Below are positions 1 to 9,640 of a DNA stretch of 64,000 nt, in pieces. The notes beneath the pieces are model-generated. The model saw only the letters and a program-made list of their open reading frames with translations. It was not told where the DNA came from and did no database searches. Origin of the DNA: Bacteroidetes bacterium MED-G21 (lineage in GTDB: Bacteria; Bacteroidota; Bacteroidia; Flavobacteriales; UBA7430); the NCBI GenBank assembly GCA_002457305.1, contig NTKG01000001.1:1191-65190 (forward strand), read 5' to 3'. The number at the start of each line of letters is the position of its first letter. The stretch's first letter is position 1. Made by a program: the position numbers and the translations under genes.

Positions 1-2
1 CT

Positions 3-2753
3 ATGGAGGATTTAGAGTACATAGATGCAAAGCAAAATGTGGCTAGACAAAATGCAAGATTACAGGGTAAAATAGATTTTAAGCCAACATTGAACACCAA
101 TATTACTTTTGGGGGTAACTTTGCCAGAACTACTTACAGAGATTATATTTATGGTTACAGTTTGTTCAACCCAGGTAACAATCCAGAAACTGAGGAGCAG
201 TCATGGAGAGCTTTTGGGCGTTTTCAACAAAGTTTTGGCGCTTCAGGTGATGAGCAGTCGGCTTCTACTTTAAAAAATGCCTTCTTTACCCTGCAGGCAG
301 ATTATTCGCAGGATACTCAAAGTACATACGATGTTGATCACAGAGATAATCTTTTTAATTATGGTTACATCGGTAAGTTTACCCCTGTTAGAGAATTGGT
401 AGAAAATACGCCAACAGAATGGGAAGGTGATGAGAATACAATAGATATTATTGGTTTAGATGAAAATGGGGTTCCTACACCCAATGACACTCTTTTTGAT
501 GTATTGACCTCTGATGGTGCTGGAGGTACTTTATTTGGACTTACACAGAATTTGATCTCATATTATGATTTTGAAGCTGGAGATTTAAATACAAATGCAT
601 CTAATTACACACAATCATATTACGATTTTATTGGTGCAGAATCCGTAACAACATTAGATCAGATCACAGGAATTGGAGCAGCAGTAAATGGGGACCGTAC
701 CGAGTTTGTTCATTCATTATGGTACAACACTGGTCGTGAATATGATGGTTACTCCAAAGTGAATAATTCCCAGTTTCGTTTTACAGGTATGGCCTCAGCC
801 GATATAAAAGACCATGCTATACAGTTTGGTTTTGAATACGAACAGCGAGATAATAGGTATTATGGTGTTTCTCCTGTTGGTTTATGGACACTCGCAGAGC
901 AAAGGGTTAATAATTATGTTGGCCTTTATGATGGACCATATGAATTCTTAGAGCAAGATGAGGTAACCGGAGAGTATTTGATTACCAGTCAAAACACCTA
1001 CAATTATGATGAGATGTCAAGCTTTGCCATTAATTTTAGAGATCAGCATGGTATAGCTTATGATGAGTTTGTTGACATTCATACTTATAATCCAGATGAT
1101 TTAGATATTGGAATGTTTAGCGCTGATGGTTTATTTAATGGAGGTTCTAGTTTCACAGCTTATTATGGTTATGATTCACAAGGAAATATGCTAGAAGGTG
1201 TTCAGCCAGATATGAATTCATTTTTAACCGAAAAAGATGAGAATGGTAACTACACCAGAAATATAGGTGCTTTCCAACCAATTTATGTAGCAGGTTATAT
1301 TCAAGATAAGTTTGCTTTTGATGACATTATCTTTAATATAGGTGTTCGTGTAGACAGATACGATGCCAATCAAGAAGTCCTAAGAGATCCCTATTCTATT
1401 TATAATGTGATGACAGCAGGTGAGGTTACAGATTTTGGTGCACACCCTTCAAATATCGGTGACGATTATGTTGTTTATGTGGATGATAATACCAATGCAG
1501 GCTTAATAACGGGTTATCGTGATGGTGACAATTGGTATGATGCATCAGGTCTTCCTGTGTCAGACCCTAATGTGTTAAATGTTTCTAAAGGTGTGTTGCC
1601 TATGCTGGCAGATCCAGATGCCTTGTTAAATGGAGACCCATTAAATAAAGGTTTGTCTGCCGATGCTTTTGAGGATTATGAACCAGAAGTTGTTGTAATG
1701 CCTCGTATCTCATTTAACTTCCCAATTTCAGATGAGGCCATGTTCTATGCATATTATGATGTGCTTGCACAACGACCTTCTGCCAACAGAATGAATCCTT
1801 TGGATTACCTTTTCTTGGCTTATAAGGCAGATAATGCTGGTTTACAGAACCCTAACCTAAAGATGCAGAAAACCACCAACTATGAGGTAGGTTTTAAACA
1901 GGCTGTTTCTTCAAGCTCCGCTTTGACCATAAATGCATTTTATAGAGAAATGCGCGATATGATTCAGTATACGAGAGTTGCGTTTGCTTTTCCACAAGAA
2001 TATTTTACATATGGTAATATTGACTTTGGAACTGTTAAAGGATTGTCTCTTGCTTATGAGATGCGCCGAACAAAGAACGTGAGTTTAAATGCCAATTACA
2101 CCATGCAGTTTGCCGATGGATCAGGTTCTTCTGCTACTTCAGGTGCTAATATTGTAACCTCTGAGCAACCTAACCTAAGAACGACTTTACCTTTAGATTA
2201 TGACCAGCGTCACAATTTAACGGCCAGTGTAGATTTTAGATATGGCTCTGGTAAAAATTACAATGGACCACTTTTTAACGGGAAACAAATTCTTGCCAAT
2301 ATGGGTGTAAACCTTGTTGCCACTGCAGGATCTGGAACACCATATAGTCAACAGAAAAATGTAACACGTGAGGCTATGTTTGGAATTAACGATCGCGATT
2401 ACTTGGATGGGAGTATAAACGGTTCGCGCTTGCCATGGACTTACCGTTTAGACATGCGTGTGAATAAGAGCTTCGACCTGACATGGGGCGAAGAAGAAAA
2501 TCAAAAGTCAGCAGCCATGAACGTTTACCTTCAGGTGCAAAACCTTTTGAATACCCAAAATATTGTTAACGTATACCAATATACAGGAAATCCTGATGAC
2601 GATGGATACTTATCAACCGCTGTTGGTATTGGAGATGCGCAGGATCAATTGGATCCGGTTGCATTTACTGATATGTATATGTTGAAACTCAACAGTCCTT
2701 TTAACTATACAAGACCTAGAACAATACGTTTAGGTGTAACACTTGACTTTTAA
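3..2753 (+). CDS. TonB-dependent-receptor-like outer-membrane beta-barrel (C-terminal 916 aa; N-terminus lies upstream of the window)
   Basis: The ORF is open to the window edge and shows no signal peptide or plug at its start. It has Asn/Tyr/Gly-rich alternating strand patterns and ends ...RPRTIRLGVTLDF, with the terminal aromatic residue typical of TBDR/OM barrels. Confidence 0.75.
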   Translation: MEDLEYIDAKQNVARQNARLQGKIDFKPTLNTNITFGGNFARTTYRDYIYGYSLFNPGNNPETEEQSWRAFGRFQQSFGASGDEQSASTLKNAFFTLQADYSQDTQSTYDVDHRDNLFNYGYIGKFTPVRELVENTPTEWEGDENTIDIIGLDENGVPTPNDTLFDVLTSDGAGGTLFGLTQNLISYYDFEAGDLNTNASNYTQSYYDFIGAESVTTLDQITGIGAAVNGDRTEFVHSLWYNTGREYDGYSKVNNSQFRFTGMASADIKDHAIQFGFEYEQRDNRYYGVSPVGLWTLAEQRVNNYVGLYDGPYEFLEQDEVTGEYLITSQNTYNYDEMSSFAINFRDQHGIAYDEFVDIHTYNPDDLDIGMFSADGLFNGGSSFTAYYGYDSQGNMLEGVQPDMNSFLTEKDENGNYTRNIGAFQPIYVAGYIQDKFAFDDIIFNIGVRVDRYDANQEVLRDPYSIYNVMTAGEVTDFGAHPSNIGDDYVVYVDDNTNAGLITGYRDGDNWYDASGLPVSDPNVLNVSKGVLPMLADPDALLNGDPLNKGLSADAFEDYEPEVVVMPRISFNFPISDEAMFYAYYDVLAQRPSANRMNPLDYLFLAYKADNAGLQNPNLKMQKTTNYEVGFKQAVSSSSALTINAFYREMRDMIQYTRVAFAFPQEYFTYGNIDFGTVKGLSLAYEMRRTKNVSLNANYTMQFADGSGSSATSGANIVTSEQPNLRTTLPLDYDQRHNLTASVDFRYGSGKNYNGPLFNGKQILANMGVNLVATAGSGTPYSQQKNVTREAMFGINDRDYLDGSINGSRLPWTYRLDMRVNKSFDLTWGEEENQKSAAMNVYLQVQNLLNTQNIVNVYQYTGNPDDDGYLSTAVGIGDAQDQLDPVAFTDMYMLKLNSPFNYTRPRTIRLGVTLDF

Positions 2754-2776
2754 TCTTAGCAGTAAATCGTATAAAT

Positions 2777-5700
2777 ATGAAAAAAACAGCTAAAAACACA
2801 CTATATATTTTCTTTGCACTATTGACATTTGGATTACAAGCAAAGGAAAATGTAAATCATAATGGTGGCGGCGTAACCAGCCCATTACAAACCTTGGCTT
2901 ATAACTGTGCTGTAGGTACCGCTCAAACCCTGTTGGATATTAACAATGTTAAGACCACTATATTGAATGGTGGTGACATGTGGTGGGACTTGGTAAATGG
3001 CCGCTACGAAATTCCTCAAGGTTCCGGAAAGCATTCTATGTTTGCCGGTGCACTATGGATTGGTGGATATGATGACAACGGTCAGCTTAAGGTTGCAGGG
3101 CAAACGTACCGACAGTCTGGTACTGACTACTGGCCAGGGCCACTAGATAATGTGCGATTAACATCAGAAGGTATAAACAATTCAAAATACGGAAGTACAG
3201 ACGCAACTATTTGTGCACAGTACGATCAGCATTTTGTTATTTTAAGAACTGATGTAGAAGAATTTGTTGCTTGGTCAAATTCTGATAATCCATCTGTTGA
3301 TTATCCAGATTATGTGATTCCTCAGTCCATATTAAATTATCCTGGGAATAGAACTACTGATGATTTGTCTAATGCTAACATGCAAGCTGATTTAGAAATA
3401 GATTCTACTGGATCTTACTTTTATTCACTTGAGTCTTTAGCGCCTTTTGAGGATGTCAATAACGATGGTTTTTATGACCCATTGTCAGGAGATTATCCTC
3501 AATATAATTTAAATGGAACCCTAGGTTGTAGTGACGGTGATATTTTATTTGGTGATCAAACCCTATGGTGGGTCTATAATGACAATGGAAATGTACATAC
3601 AGAGACTCAATCTGAAACCGCCATTGGATTAGAGATACAAGCTCAGGCATTTGCCTTTTCTACCAATGACGAGATCAACAACATGACTTTTTATAACTAC
3701 AAATTAATCAACCGCTCCCACACTCCTCTTAATGACACTTATTTTGGTGTATGGGTTGATCCTGATCTTGGGGATTATCAAGATGATTATGTGGGCTGTG
3801 ATGTGGCGCGTGGTTTGGGGTATTGTTACAATGGTGACGAGGATGATGGAACAGCCGTTGGATATGGTGCGAACCCGCCAGCTATTGGGGTAGACTTCTT
3901 TAGAGGTCCTTTGGCTGATGAGAATGATGGTGTAGATAATAATGGTGATGGTGTGATAGATGAACCTGGAGAGCAGATCATCATGTCCAAGTTTGTTTAT
4001 TACAATAATATTCAAGGTACTGTAGATGGAAATCCAAACATAGCTCAAGATTTTTATAATTACTTAGATGGTAAGTGGCTTGATAATACACTTATGACTT
4101 ATGGTGGCGATGGAAGAGATCAAAATAATCCGGCATGTAACTACATGTTCCCTGGCGATACAGATCCAGCATTCCCTGGTCAAACATGGACCGAGCAAAC
4201 TGCTGGTAATGTGCCTGATGACCGTCGTTTCCTTCAATCAGCTGGTAAATTTACTCTAGCGCCAGGTGCACTTAATATCATTACCACTGGTGTTGTATGG
4301 GCAAGAGCTAATGAAGGTGGCGCATTTGCTTCGGTAGAATTGATGCGTTTGGCCGATGATAAGGCTCAAAAATTATTTGACACCTGTTTTGAGGTGCTTG
4401 ATGGGCCAGATGCGCCATTATTGGCCTTCCAAGAGCTTGATCAGAAAGTGGTGATTACTATTTCAAATGCCGTTTCATCTAACAACTATATGGAGCAATA
4501 TGTAGAGGCAGATGAAGTAAATATTATTGGTTCATATGGAAATGATACTACTGTGGTAGATGATACAACTACAGTAATTACATCCCTTGATTACAGAAAT
4601 GAGTATACCTTTGAAGGCTATCAAATCTTCCAATTGAGGGATGAGACAGTAACTGCTGCTGATGCTTATAATATTGACAAAGCACGCTTGGTATTCCAAT
4701 GTGATGTTAAAAATTACAAAGCTGCTGATGGTTCTATAACAACTCAAGTAACTGATGCACCTATTGCACAGTTAACCAATTTTGAATTCAGCCAAGATCT
4801 TCAAGCAAGTATACCTCAAAACATGACCATTGAGGCTGCTAATGATGGTATCGTTCATTCTTTGGTCTTAACAGACGATTTATTTGCCGCTGGTGATCGT
4901 ACCTTTATAAATAACAAGACATATTATTACACTGCTATTGCTTATGCATATAATGAGTATTTAGAGTATGCACCTGACCAGGTACCAGATCCGGGCGATA
5001 TGTATGCCCCAAGTTTTAATGGACAGAAAAAGCCATATTTGGCAGGACGTAAAAACATCAAACAATATTCGGTTATTCCACATATTACCACTGCCGAGGC
5101 TGGCGGAACCATTCAAAATGCAGATTATGGAACCCTTCCTTCAATGACGCGTATTGAAGGTGTGGGTAATGGCGGCTTAGAGCTGGAATTCTCTGCTGAA
5201 ACCAGAGCGGCAATTATTTCAGATTATTGTGCTGCCCAAACGGTTTATGCTAAAGACGGTGCACCTGTAAATGTTAAGGTTGTTGATCCTTTAAGTGTTC
5301 CTGAGAATACTGACTTTACCTTTAAGATGGACGATGTTGGCGAAGATGCCATGTGGGTTCTTGTTAATAATACCTCTGGAGATAGTATTAGTTCTGAACA
5401 AACTATTTCAGTTAAGAATGAACAAATTATACCTGAGTGGGGTCTTTCTGTAATGGTGCAAGATGCAATGAACCCAGGTGATGAAGGTACAATTTCAACT
5501 TCCTCAAATGGTTTCTTGAGTGCCACAGAAATAAAAGATAATGCGACCTCTTGGCTTAATTATTACAAAGACAATGATGATTTCTTTGAAGGTGGTGACG
5601 CAGTTTATGTTGATCCTGCCAATTGGATTCGTTCAGGTAATGATCCTATAGATCATGCCACTATTGACGATGGTGAAACATATGAGAATATTCTTGCCGG

Positions 5701-6808
5701 TTCGTGGGCTCCATATCGACTGGTTGGTGTTGATGGCCAAGGTACAGCTGCTTTTGAACATTCTGCAGCATGGGATCAGTTCCAATCTTTAAGTGCTTTA
5801 AAAGATGTTCCTTCTGTAGATATTGTATTTACAGATGATAAAGATTTATGGACGCGTGTTCCAGTTATTGAAACTGGATCAGGAACAAATAGGTTAAACT
5901 TAAAACCGAATCCTTCAGTAGGTAAAGATGGGCAGGAAGATGGTTCTGGAACCATTGGATTCTCATGGTTCCCAGGTTATGCTTTAGATCTTGAAAAAGG
6001 TGTTCGATTAAATATGATGTTTGGCGAATCTTCAGATCATGCAGACGAGCATAATGGTGATGATATGTGGTGGAACCCAACATCCGTAGAATCTACTGGT
6101 AACCGTTTTTATGAATTTAATGAAATAGGAGAGCCATTTGATCTAGTTATAGGTGGTCGACACTATGTTTATGTTATGAAGACCCAGTACGCTGGTTCTG
6201 ATGCTACTGCACATAGTGAGTATGATCATCTAACTGGTATGACATCTAATTCAAACAAACGAAGTGTTTTTAGAGAAGCAGCTTGGGTTTCTATACCGAT
6301 GTTATCTTCTTCAAGTGCAGAAGTTTCAGATGGAGATGTTGAGGTTAAAATCCGCGTTTCTAAAGCCTATGATGAATATGTCTCTGATTGCGGTGTTGGT
6401 GAGTTAAATGAACAAAATCCGTATTTAACTTTTAACACTTCTGATATTCAGACTGTAGTTGGTGATGAATCGGCAGCCGAGAGTGCTATGGATCTAATAA
6501 AGGTTGTTCCAAACCCTTATTATGGTTCAAGTAAGTATGAGAGAGATCAAGTAGATCACCGTGTTAAAATTACAAACCTACCTAAAACATGTACCATATC
6601 TATATACAATGTTTCAGGAACTTTAGTGCGTCAAGTAAGCCTTGATAGTGACCAAAATGTAACAGGTTGGGATTGGGATCTGAAAAATAATTACAATGTG
6701 GCCATCTCTTCGGGAGTTTACATTATACATGTTGATGCCGGAGATATTGGACAGAAAGTGTTGAAGTGGTTTGGTGCACTTCGTCCTATAGACTTAGACT
6801 CATTCTAG
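2777..6808 (+). CDS. Large secreted protein (1343 aa) of unknown function with a T9SS type-A-like C-terminal domain
   Basis: Signal peptide MKKTAKNTLYIFFALLTFGLQAKE. Acidic Ca-binding-like DNNGDGVIDEPGE loop. C-terminal ~105 aa (nt 6488-6805) read VVPNPYYG...ISIYNVSGTLVRQV...SSGVYIIHV..., matching the T9SS CTD/FlgD-Ig-like pattern. The gene starts 23 nt after the upstream barrel gene. Confidence 0.8.
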   Translation: MKKTAKNTLYIFFALLTFGLQAKENVNHNGGGVTSPLQTLAYNCAVGTAQTLLDINNVKTTILNGGDMWWDLVNGRYEIPQGSGKHSMFAGALWIGGYDDNGQLKVAGQTYRQSGTDYWPGPLDNVRLTSEGINNSKYGSTDATICAQYDQHFVILRTDVEEFVAWSNSDNPSVDYPDYVIPQSILNYPGNRTTDDLSNANMQADLEIDSTGSYFYSLESLAPFEDVNNDGFYDPLSGDYPQYNLNGTLGCSDGDILFGDQTLWWVYNDNGNVHTETQSETAIGLEIQAQAFAFSTNDEINNMTFYNYKLINRSHTPLNDTYFGVWVDPDLGDYQDDYVGCDVARGLGYCYNGDEDDGTAVGYGANPPAIGVDFFRGPLADENDGVDNNGDGVIDEPGEQIIMSKFVYYNNIQGTVDGNPNIAQDFYNYLDGKWLDNTLMTYGGDGRDQNNPACNYMFPGDTDPAFPGQTWTEQTAGNVPDDRRFLQSAGKFTLAPGALNIITTGVVWARANEGGAFASVELMRLADDKAQKLFDTCFEVLDGPDAPLLAFQELDQKVVITISNAVSSNNYMEQYVEADEVNIIGSYGNDTTVVDDTTTVITSLDYRNEYTFEGYQIFQLRDETVTAADAYNIDKARLVFQCDVKNYKAADGSITTQVTDAPIAQLTNFEFSQDLQASIPQNMTIEAANDGIVHSLVLTDDLFAAGDRTFINNKTYYYTAIAYAYNEYLEYAPDQVPDPGDMYAPSFNGQKKPYLAGRKNIKQYSVIPHITTAEAGGTIQNADYGTLPSMTRIEGVGNGGLELEFSAETRAAIISDYCAAQTVYAKDGAPVNVKVVDPLSVPENTDFTFKMDDVGEDAMWVLVNNTSGDSISSEQTISVKNEQIIPEWGLSVMVQDAMNPGDEGTISTSSNGFLSATEIKDNATSWLNYYKDNDDFFEGGDAVYVDPANWIRSGNDPIDHATIDDGETYENILAGSWAPYRLVGVDGQGTAAFEHSAAWDQFQSLSALKDVPSVDIVFTDDKDLWTRVPVIETGSGTNRLNLKPNPSVGKDGQEDGSGTIGFSWFPGYALDLEKGVRLNMMFGESSDHADEHNGDDMWWNPTSVESTGNRFYEFNEIGEPFDLVIGGRHYVYVMKTQYAGSDATAHSEYDHLTGMTSNSNKRSVFREAAWVSIPMLSSSSAEVSDGDVEVKIRVSKAYDEYVSDCGVGELNEQNPYLTFNTSDIQTVVGDESAAESAMDLIKVVPNPYYGSSKYERDQVDHRVKITNLPKTCTISIYNVSGTLVRQVSLDSDQNVTGWDWDLKNNYNVAISSGVYIIHVDAGDIGQKVLKWFGALRPIDLDSF

Positions 6809-6816
6809 TAGCATAA

Positions 6817-7911
6817 ATGTTAAAGACTAAATTTCATACGACTATGGTTATGAACAAATATACAAAGCATCTGATTCCTGCAATTTTAGCAGGTGTGTTA
6901 ACACTGTATTCTACAAGTGTAATAGCAGGAAACGAACAGCGTTCAGGTCAAGCTGGAGCGACTGAGTTATTAATCAACCCTTGGGCCCGATCATCTGGTT
7001 GGGGTGGTATCAATACAGCCTCAGTTTCAGGCCTCGAAGCAACTTTTATGAATGTTGCAGGTATGGCACATACTCAGAATACAGAGTTGATTTTTTCAAG
7101 TACTTCTTGGCTCTCTGATATCAAGATCAATGCCTTCGGTTTTTCCAAATCATTAGATGATCAAGCAGTACTTGGTCTCTCAGTGATGTCTATGAACTTT
7201 GGAGACATTGAAATTACTACTGAAGATTTACCAGAAGGGACCGGGTCGACTTTTTCGCCATCTTATATGAATATAGGTCTTTCTTATGCCAAGAAGTTTA
7301 CTGATAACATTTCATGTGGTGCAACTGTTCGAATGATTTCTCAATCCATTCCAGATTTAAGCGCTTCTGGTGTTGCATTAGATGCTGGTGTACAATATGT
7401 GTCAGGAGATCAGCGTCAGATTAAGTTTGGTATCTCTTTGAAAAATGTGGGACCTAAAATGCAATTTGCTGGAGATGGTAATGACCTTACCAACACAAAT
7501 TCAAATGCCAATGGCCAAGATTTCCCTATGAGTTATGACATGCGTGTTGATGCATTTGAATTGCCATCCTTATTAAATATAGGTGGTTCTTATGATTTTA
7601 ATTATGGTACAGACCATCGCTTGACTGTTGCAGGGAATTTCACTTCTAACTCTTTTTCTAAAGATCAATTTGGAGCTGGAGCCGAATACGCATATAAGTC
7701 TTACTTCATGTTAAGAGCAGGTTATGTCTATGAAGATGGCATTACAGGTGAGTTTTCTGAAGGAAGAACAACAGCCTTTACAGGTTTAAATTATGGTGTA
7801 TCATTTGAGCTTCCATTAAGCAATGGCACTAATTTTGGTATCGATTACTCTTACAGAGCAGCTAGTCCAATGGCTTCTCCTAACTCAATTGGCGTTAGAA
7901 TTACATTATAG
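6817..7911 (+). CDS. PorV/PorQ-family outer-membrane beta-barrel (T9SS-associated)
   Basis: Signal peptide ...LYSTSVIAGNEQ, then GQAGATELLINPWARSSGWGGINTASVSGLEATFMNVAGMA, the N-terminal signature of the PorV/PorQ (FadL-like) family. The likely true start is MNKY at 6850. The gene sits 8 nt downstream of the CTD protein. Confidence 0.7.
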   Translation: MLKTKFHTTMVMNKYTKHLIPAILAGVLTLYSTSVIAGNEQRSGQAGATELLINPWARSSGWGGINTASVSGLEATFMNVAGMAHTQNTELIFSSTSWLSDIKINAFGFSKSLDDQAVLGLSVMSMNFGDIEITTEDLPEGTGSTFSPSYMNIGLSYAKKFTDNISCGATVRMISQSIPDLSASGVALDAGVQYVSGDQRQIKFGISLKNVGPKMQFAGDGNDLTNTNSNANGQDFPMSYDMRVDAFELPSLLNIGGSYDFNYGTDHRLTVAGNFTSNSFSKDQFGAGAEYAYKSYFMLRAGYVYEDGITGEFSEGRTTAFTGLNYGVSFELPLSNGTNFGIDYSYRAASPMASPNSIGVRITL

Positions 7912-7952
7912 CAAGCGTCTATATTTTAAATAATATTTTATAAATTAGCATA

Positions 7953-7979
7953 AAGAGGACCCCCGGAGGTCTTCTTTTT
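7953..7979 (+). terminator. Intrinsic terminator after the PorV/PorQ-like gene
   Basis: Hairpin GAGGACC-cccgga-GGTCTTC (one G-U pair) followed by TTTTT. Confidence 0.55.
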
Positions 7980-8009
7980 GCTTTATCAAATAAACTAAAT
8001 TATTAGATT

Positions 8010-8483
8010 ATGTCTACAGTTTCATACTATACAGAAGAGGGACTCAAGAAATTGAAAGATGAACTAGAACATTTAAAATTTGTTGAAAGACCAAATATTT
8101 CTCAACAAATTGCTGAGGCAAGAGATAAAGGAGATTTGTCCGAAAATGCTGAATATGATGCTGCTAAGGAGGCACAGGGAATGCTTGAAATGAAAATAGC
8201 TAAGCTTGAGGAAATGTATGCCGGTGCACGTGTTATTGATGAGTCTCAGCTAGATACAGATAAGGTTCTTGCTTTGTCAATTGTGAAAATCAGAAACCTA
8301 AATACAAAAGCAGAAATGACCTTTACTTTAGTCGCTGAAACAGAAGCCGATATAAAAACGGGAAAAATATCTGTTAATTCGCCTATCGGCACAGGGCTAC
8401 TTGGGAAAAAAGTTGGCGAAGTTGCTGAAATAAAAGTGCCTGCAGGTCTTGTAAAATTTGAAATACTAGATATTTCTAGGTAA
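8010..8483 (+). CDS. greA: Transcription elongation factor GreA
   Basis: 157 aa. YYTEEGLKKLKDELEHLK...RDKGDLSENAEYDAAKEAQ coiled-coil plus a C-terminal FKBP-like domain (ISVNSPIGTGLLGKKVGE). Confidence 0.95.
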   Translation: MSTVSYYTEEGLKKLKDELEHLKFVERPNISQQIAEARDKGDLSENAEYDAAKEAQGMLEMKIAKLEEMYAGARVIDESQLDTDKVLALSIVKIRNLNTKAEMTFTLVAETEADIKTGKISVNSPIGTGLLGKKVGEVAEIKVPAGLVKFEILDISR

Positions 8484-8875
8484 TGTCTAGCATTTTTTCA
8501 AAAATAGTTCGAGGAGAAATTCCTTCTTATAAGATTGCTGAAGATGATCAATATCTTGCATTTTTAGATATTTTTCCACTAGCAGTAGGTCATGTTTTAG
8601 TTATTCCCAAGAATGAAACGGATTCTATTTTTGACCTTAATGATCAAGAGTATAAGGGTTTATGGCAGTTTGCTAAAAAAACAGCGAAAGCAATTGAAAA
8701 GACCATACCTTGTAAACGTGTAGGTATTGCAGTTATAGGATTAGAAGTGCCTCATGCACATATTCATTTAATTCCTTTACAGAGTGTAGAAGATATAAAT
8801 TTTTCAAAACCTAAGTTGAAATTAGATTCAGATATGATGAAAGGCATTGCCGAAAAAATTATTTCTGGGTTATAA
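8483..8875 (+). CDS. HIT-family (histidine triad) nucleotide hydrolase
   Basis: IFSKIVRGEIPSYKI N-terminus and the histidine triad HAHIHLIP. Start overlaps the greA stop by 1 nt. Confidence 0.9.
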   Translation: MSSIFSKIVRGEIPSYKIAEDDQYLAFLDIFPLAVGHVLVIPKNETDSIFDLNDQEYKGLWQFAKKTAKAIEKTIPCKRVGIAVIGLEVPHAHIHLIPLQSVEDINFSKPKLKLDSDMMKGIAEKIISGL

Positions 8876-8879
8876 TATG

Positions 8880-9437
8880 TTATCTTTTGTCAATTCTATT
8901 TTCGTTATTCTTGATGAAATTGGCCCACGAACTATAACCTTTTTTTGCTCCCGTCATACCGTTTTGTAATCCATGACAGACCGCTGCAGCAAGTCCATCA
9001 GTAGCGTCAAGATATTTTGGCATTTCTTTTAAATTTAACATTTGCATTAGCATTCCTGCAACCTGTTCCTTAGAAGCACTACCTCTTCCAGTAATTGATT
9101 TTTTAATTTTTAGCGGCGCATACTCAGTTACTGGCACTTCTCTCTGAAGTGCAGCAGCCATTGCAACACCTTGTGCCCGACCTAATTTAAGCATGGATTG
9201 CACATTTTTTCCAAAAAAAGGTGCTTCTAGTGCTACTTCGTCAGGATGATAATGATCAATTATTGCTGACGTTTTATCGAAAATCTTTTGAAGTTTTAAA
9301 TATGGGTCTTTGATTTTATTGAGAAGAAGAACATCCATCATAATCATTTCTAATTTGGCTCCCTTTTTTTTGATAAGCCCAAATCCCATAATCGTTGTTC
9401 CTGGATCTATACCTAATATGATTTTCTCTTGACTCAA
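8880..9437 (-). CDS. ruvC: Holliday junction resolvase RuvC
   Basis: ILGIDPGTTIMGFGLI catalytic N-terminus, 185 aa, RuvC-like length and C-terminal DATDGLAAAVCH motif. Confidence 0.93.
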   Translation of the reverse strand: MSQEKIILGIDPGTTIMGFGLIKKKGAKLEMIMMDVLLLNKIKDPYLKLQKIFDKTSAIIDHYHPDEVALEAPFFGKNVQSMLKLGRAQGVAMAAALQREVPVTEYAPLKIKKSITGRGSASKEQVAGMLMQMLNLKEMPKYLDATDGLAAAVCHGLQNGMTGAKKGYSSWANFIKNNENRIDKR

Positions 9438-9640
9438 TGGGTTTAATTTTAGGAGTTAGTGTTGCAATAAATATACTCTTTGTTGAATAAGATACCTAAT
9501 AAAGAAGATCAGTTAATCTATCTAAGATTTTTGTTTTGCACAATTATTTCTATTCTGATTTTAAATATTTTATTAGCAATAATACACGTTATGATTTAAT
9601 ACTCATATATTTTGTAGTTTTAAGAAATTCTTGAATCGTA

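Noticed and set aside
3456-6083. Five antisense ORFs (64-114 aa) inside the 1343-aa gene.
   Set aside because: All are fully nested opposite a long, well-supported CDS. They are low-complexity and Ile/His/Tyr-rich, as expected from the complement of AT-rich codons, and have no promoter or motif support.
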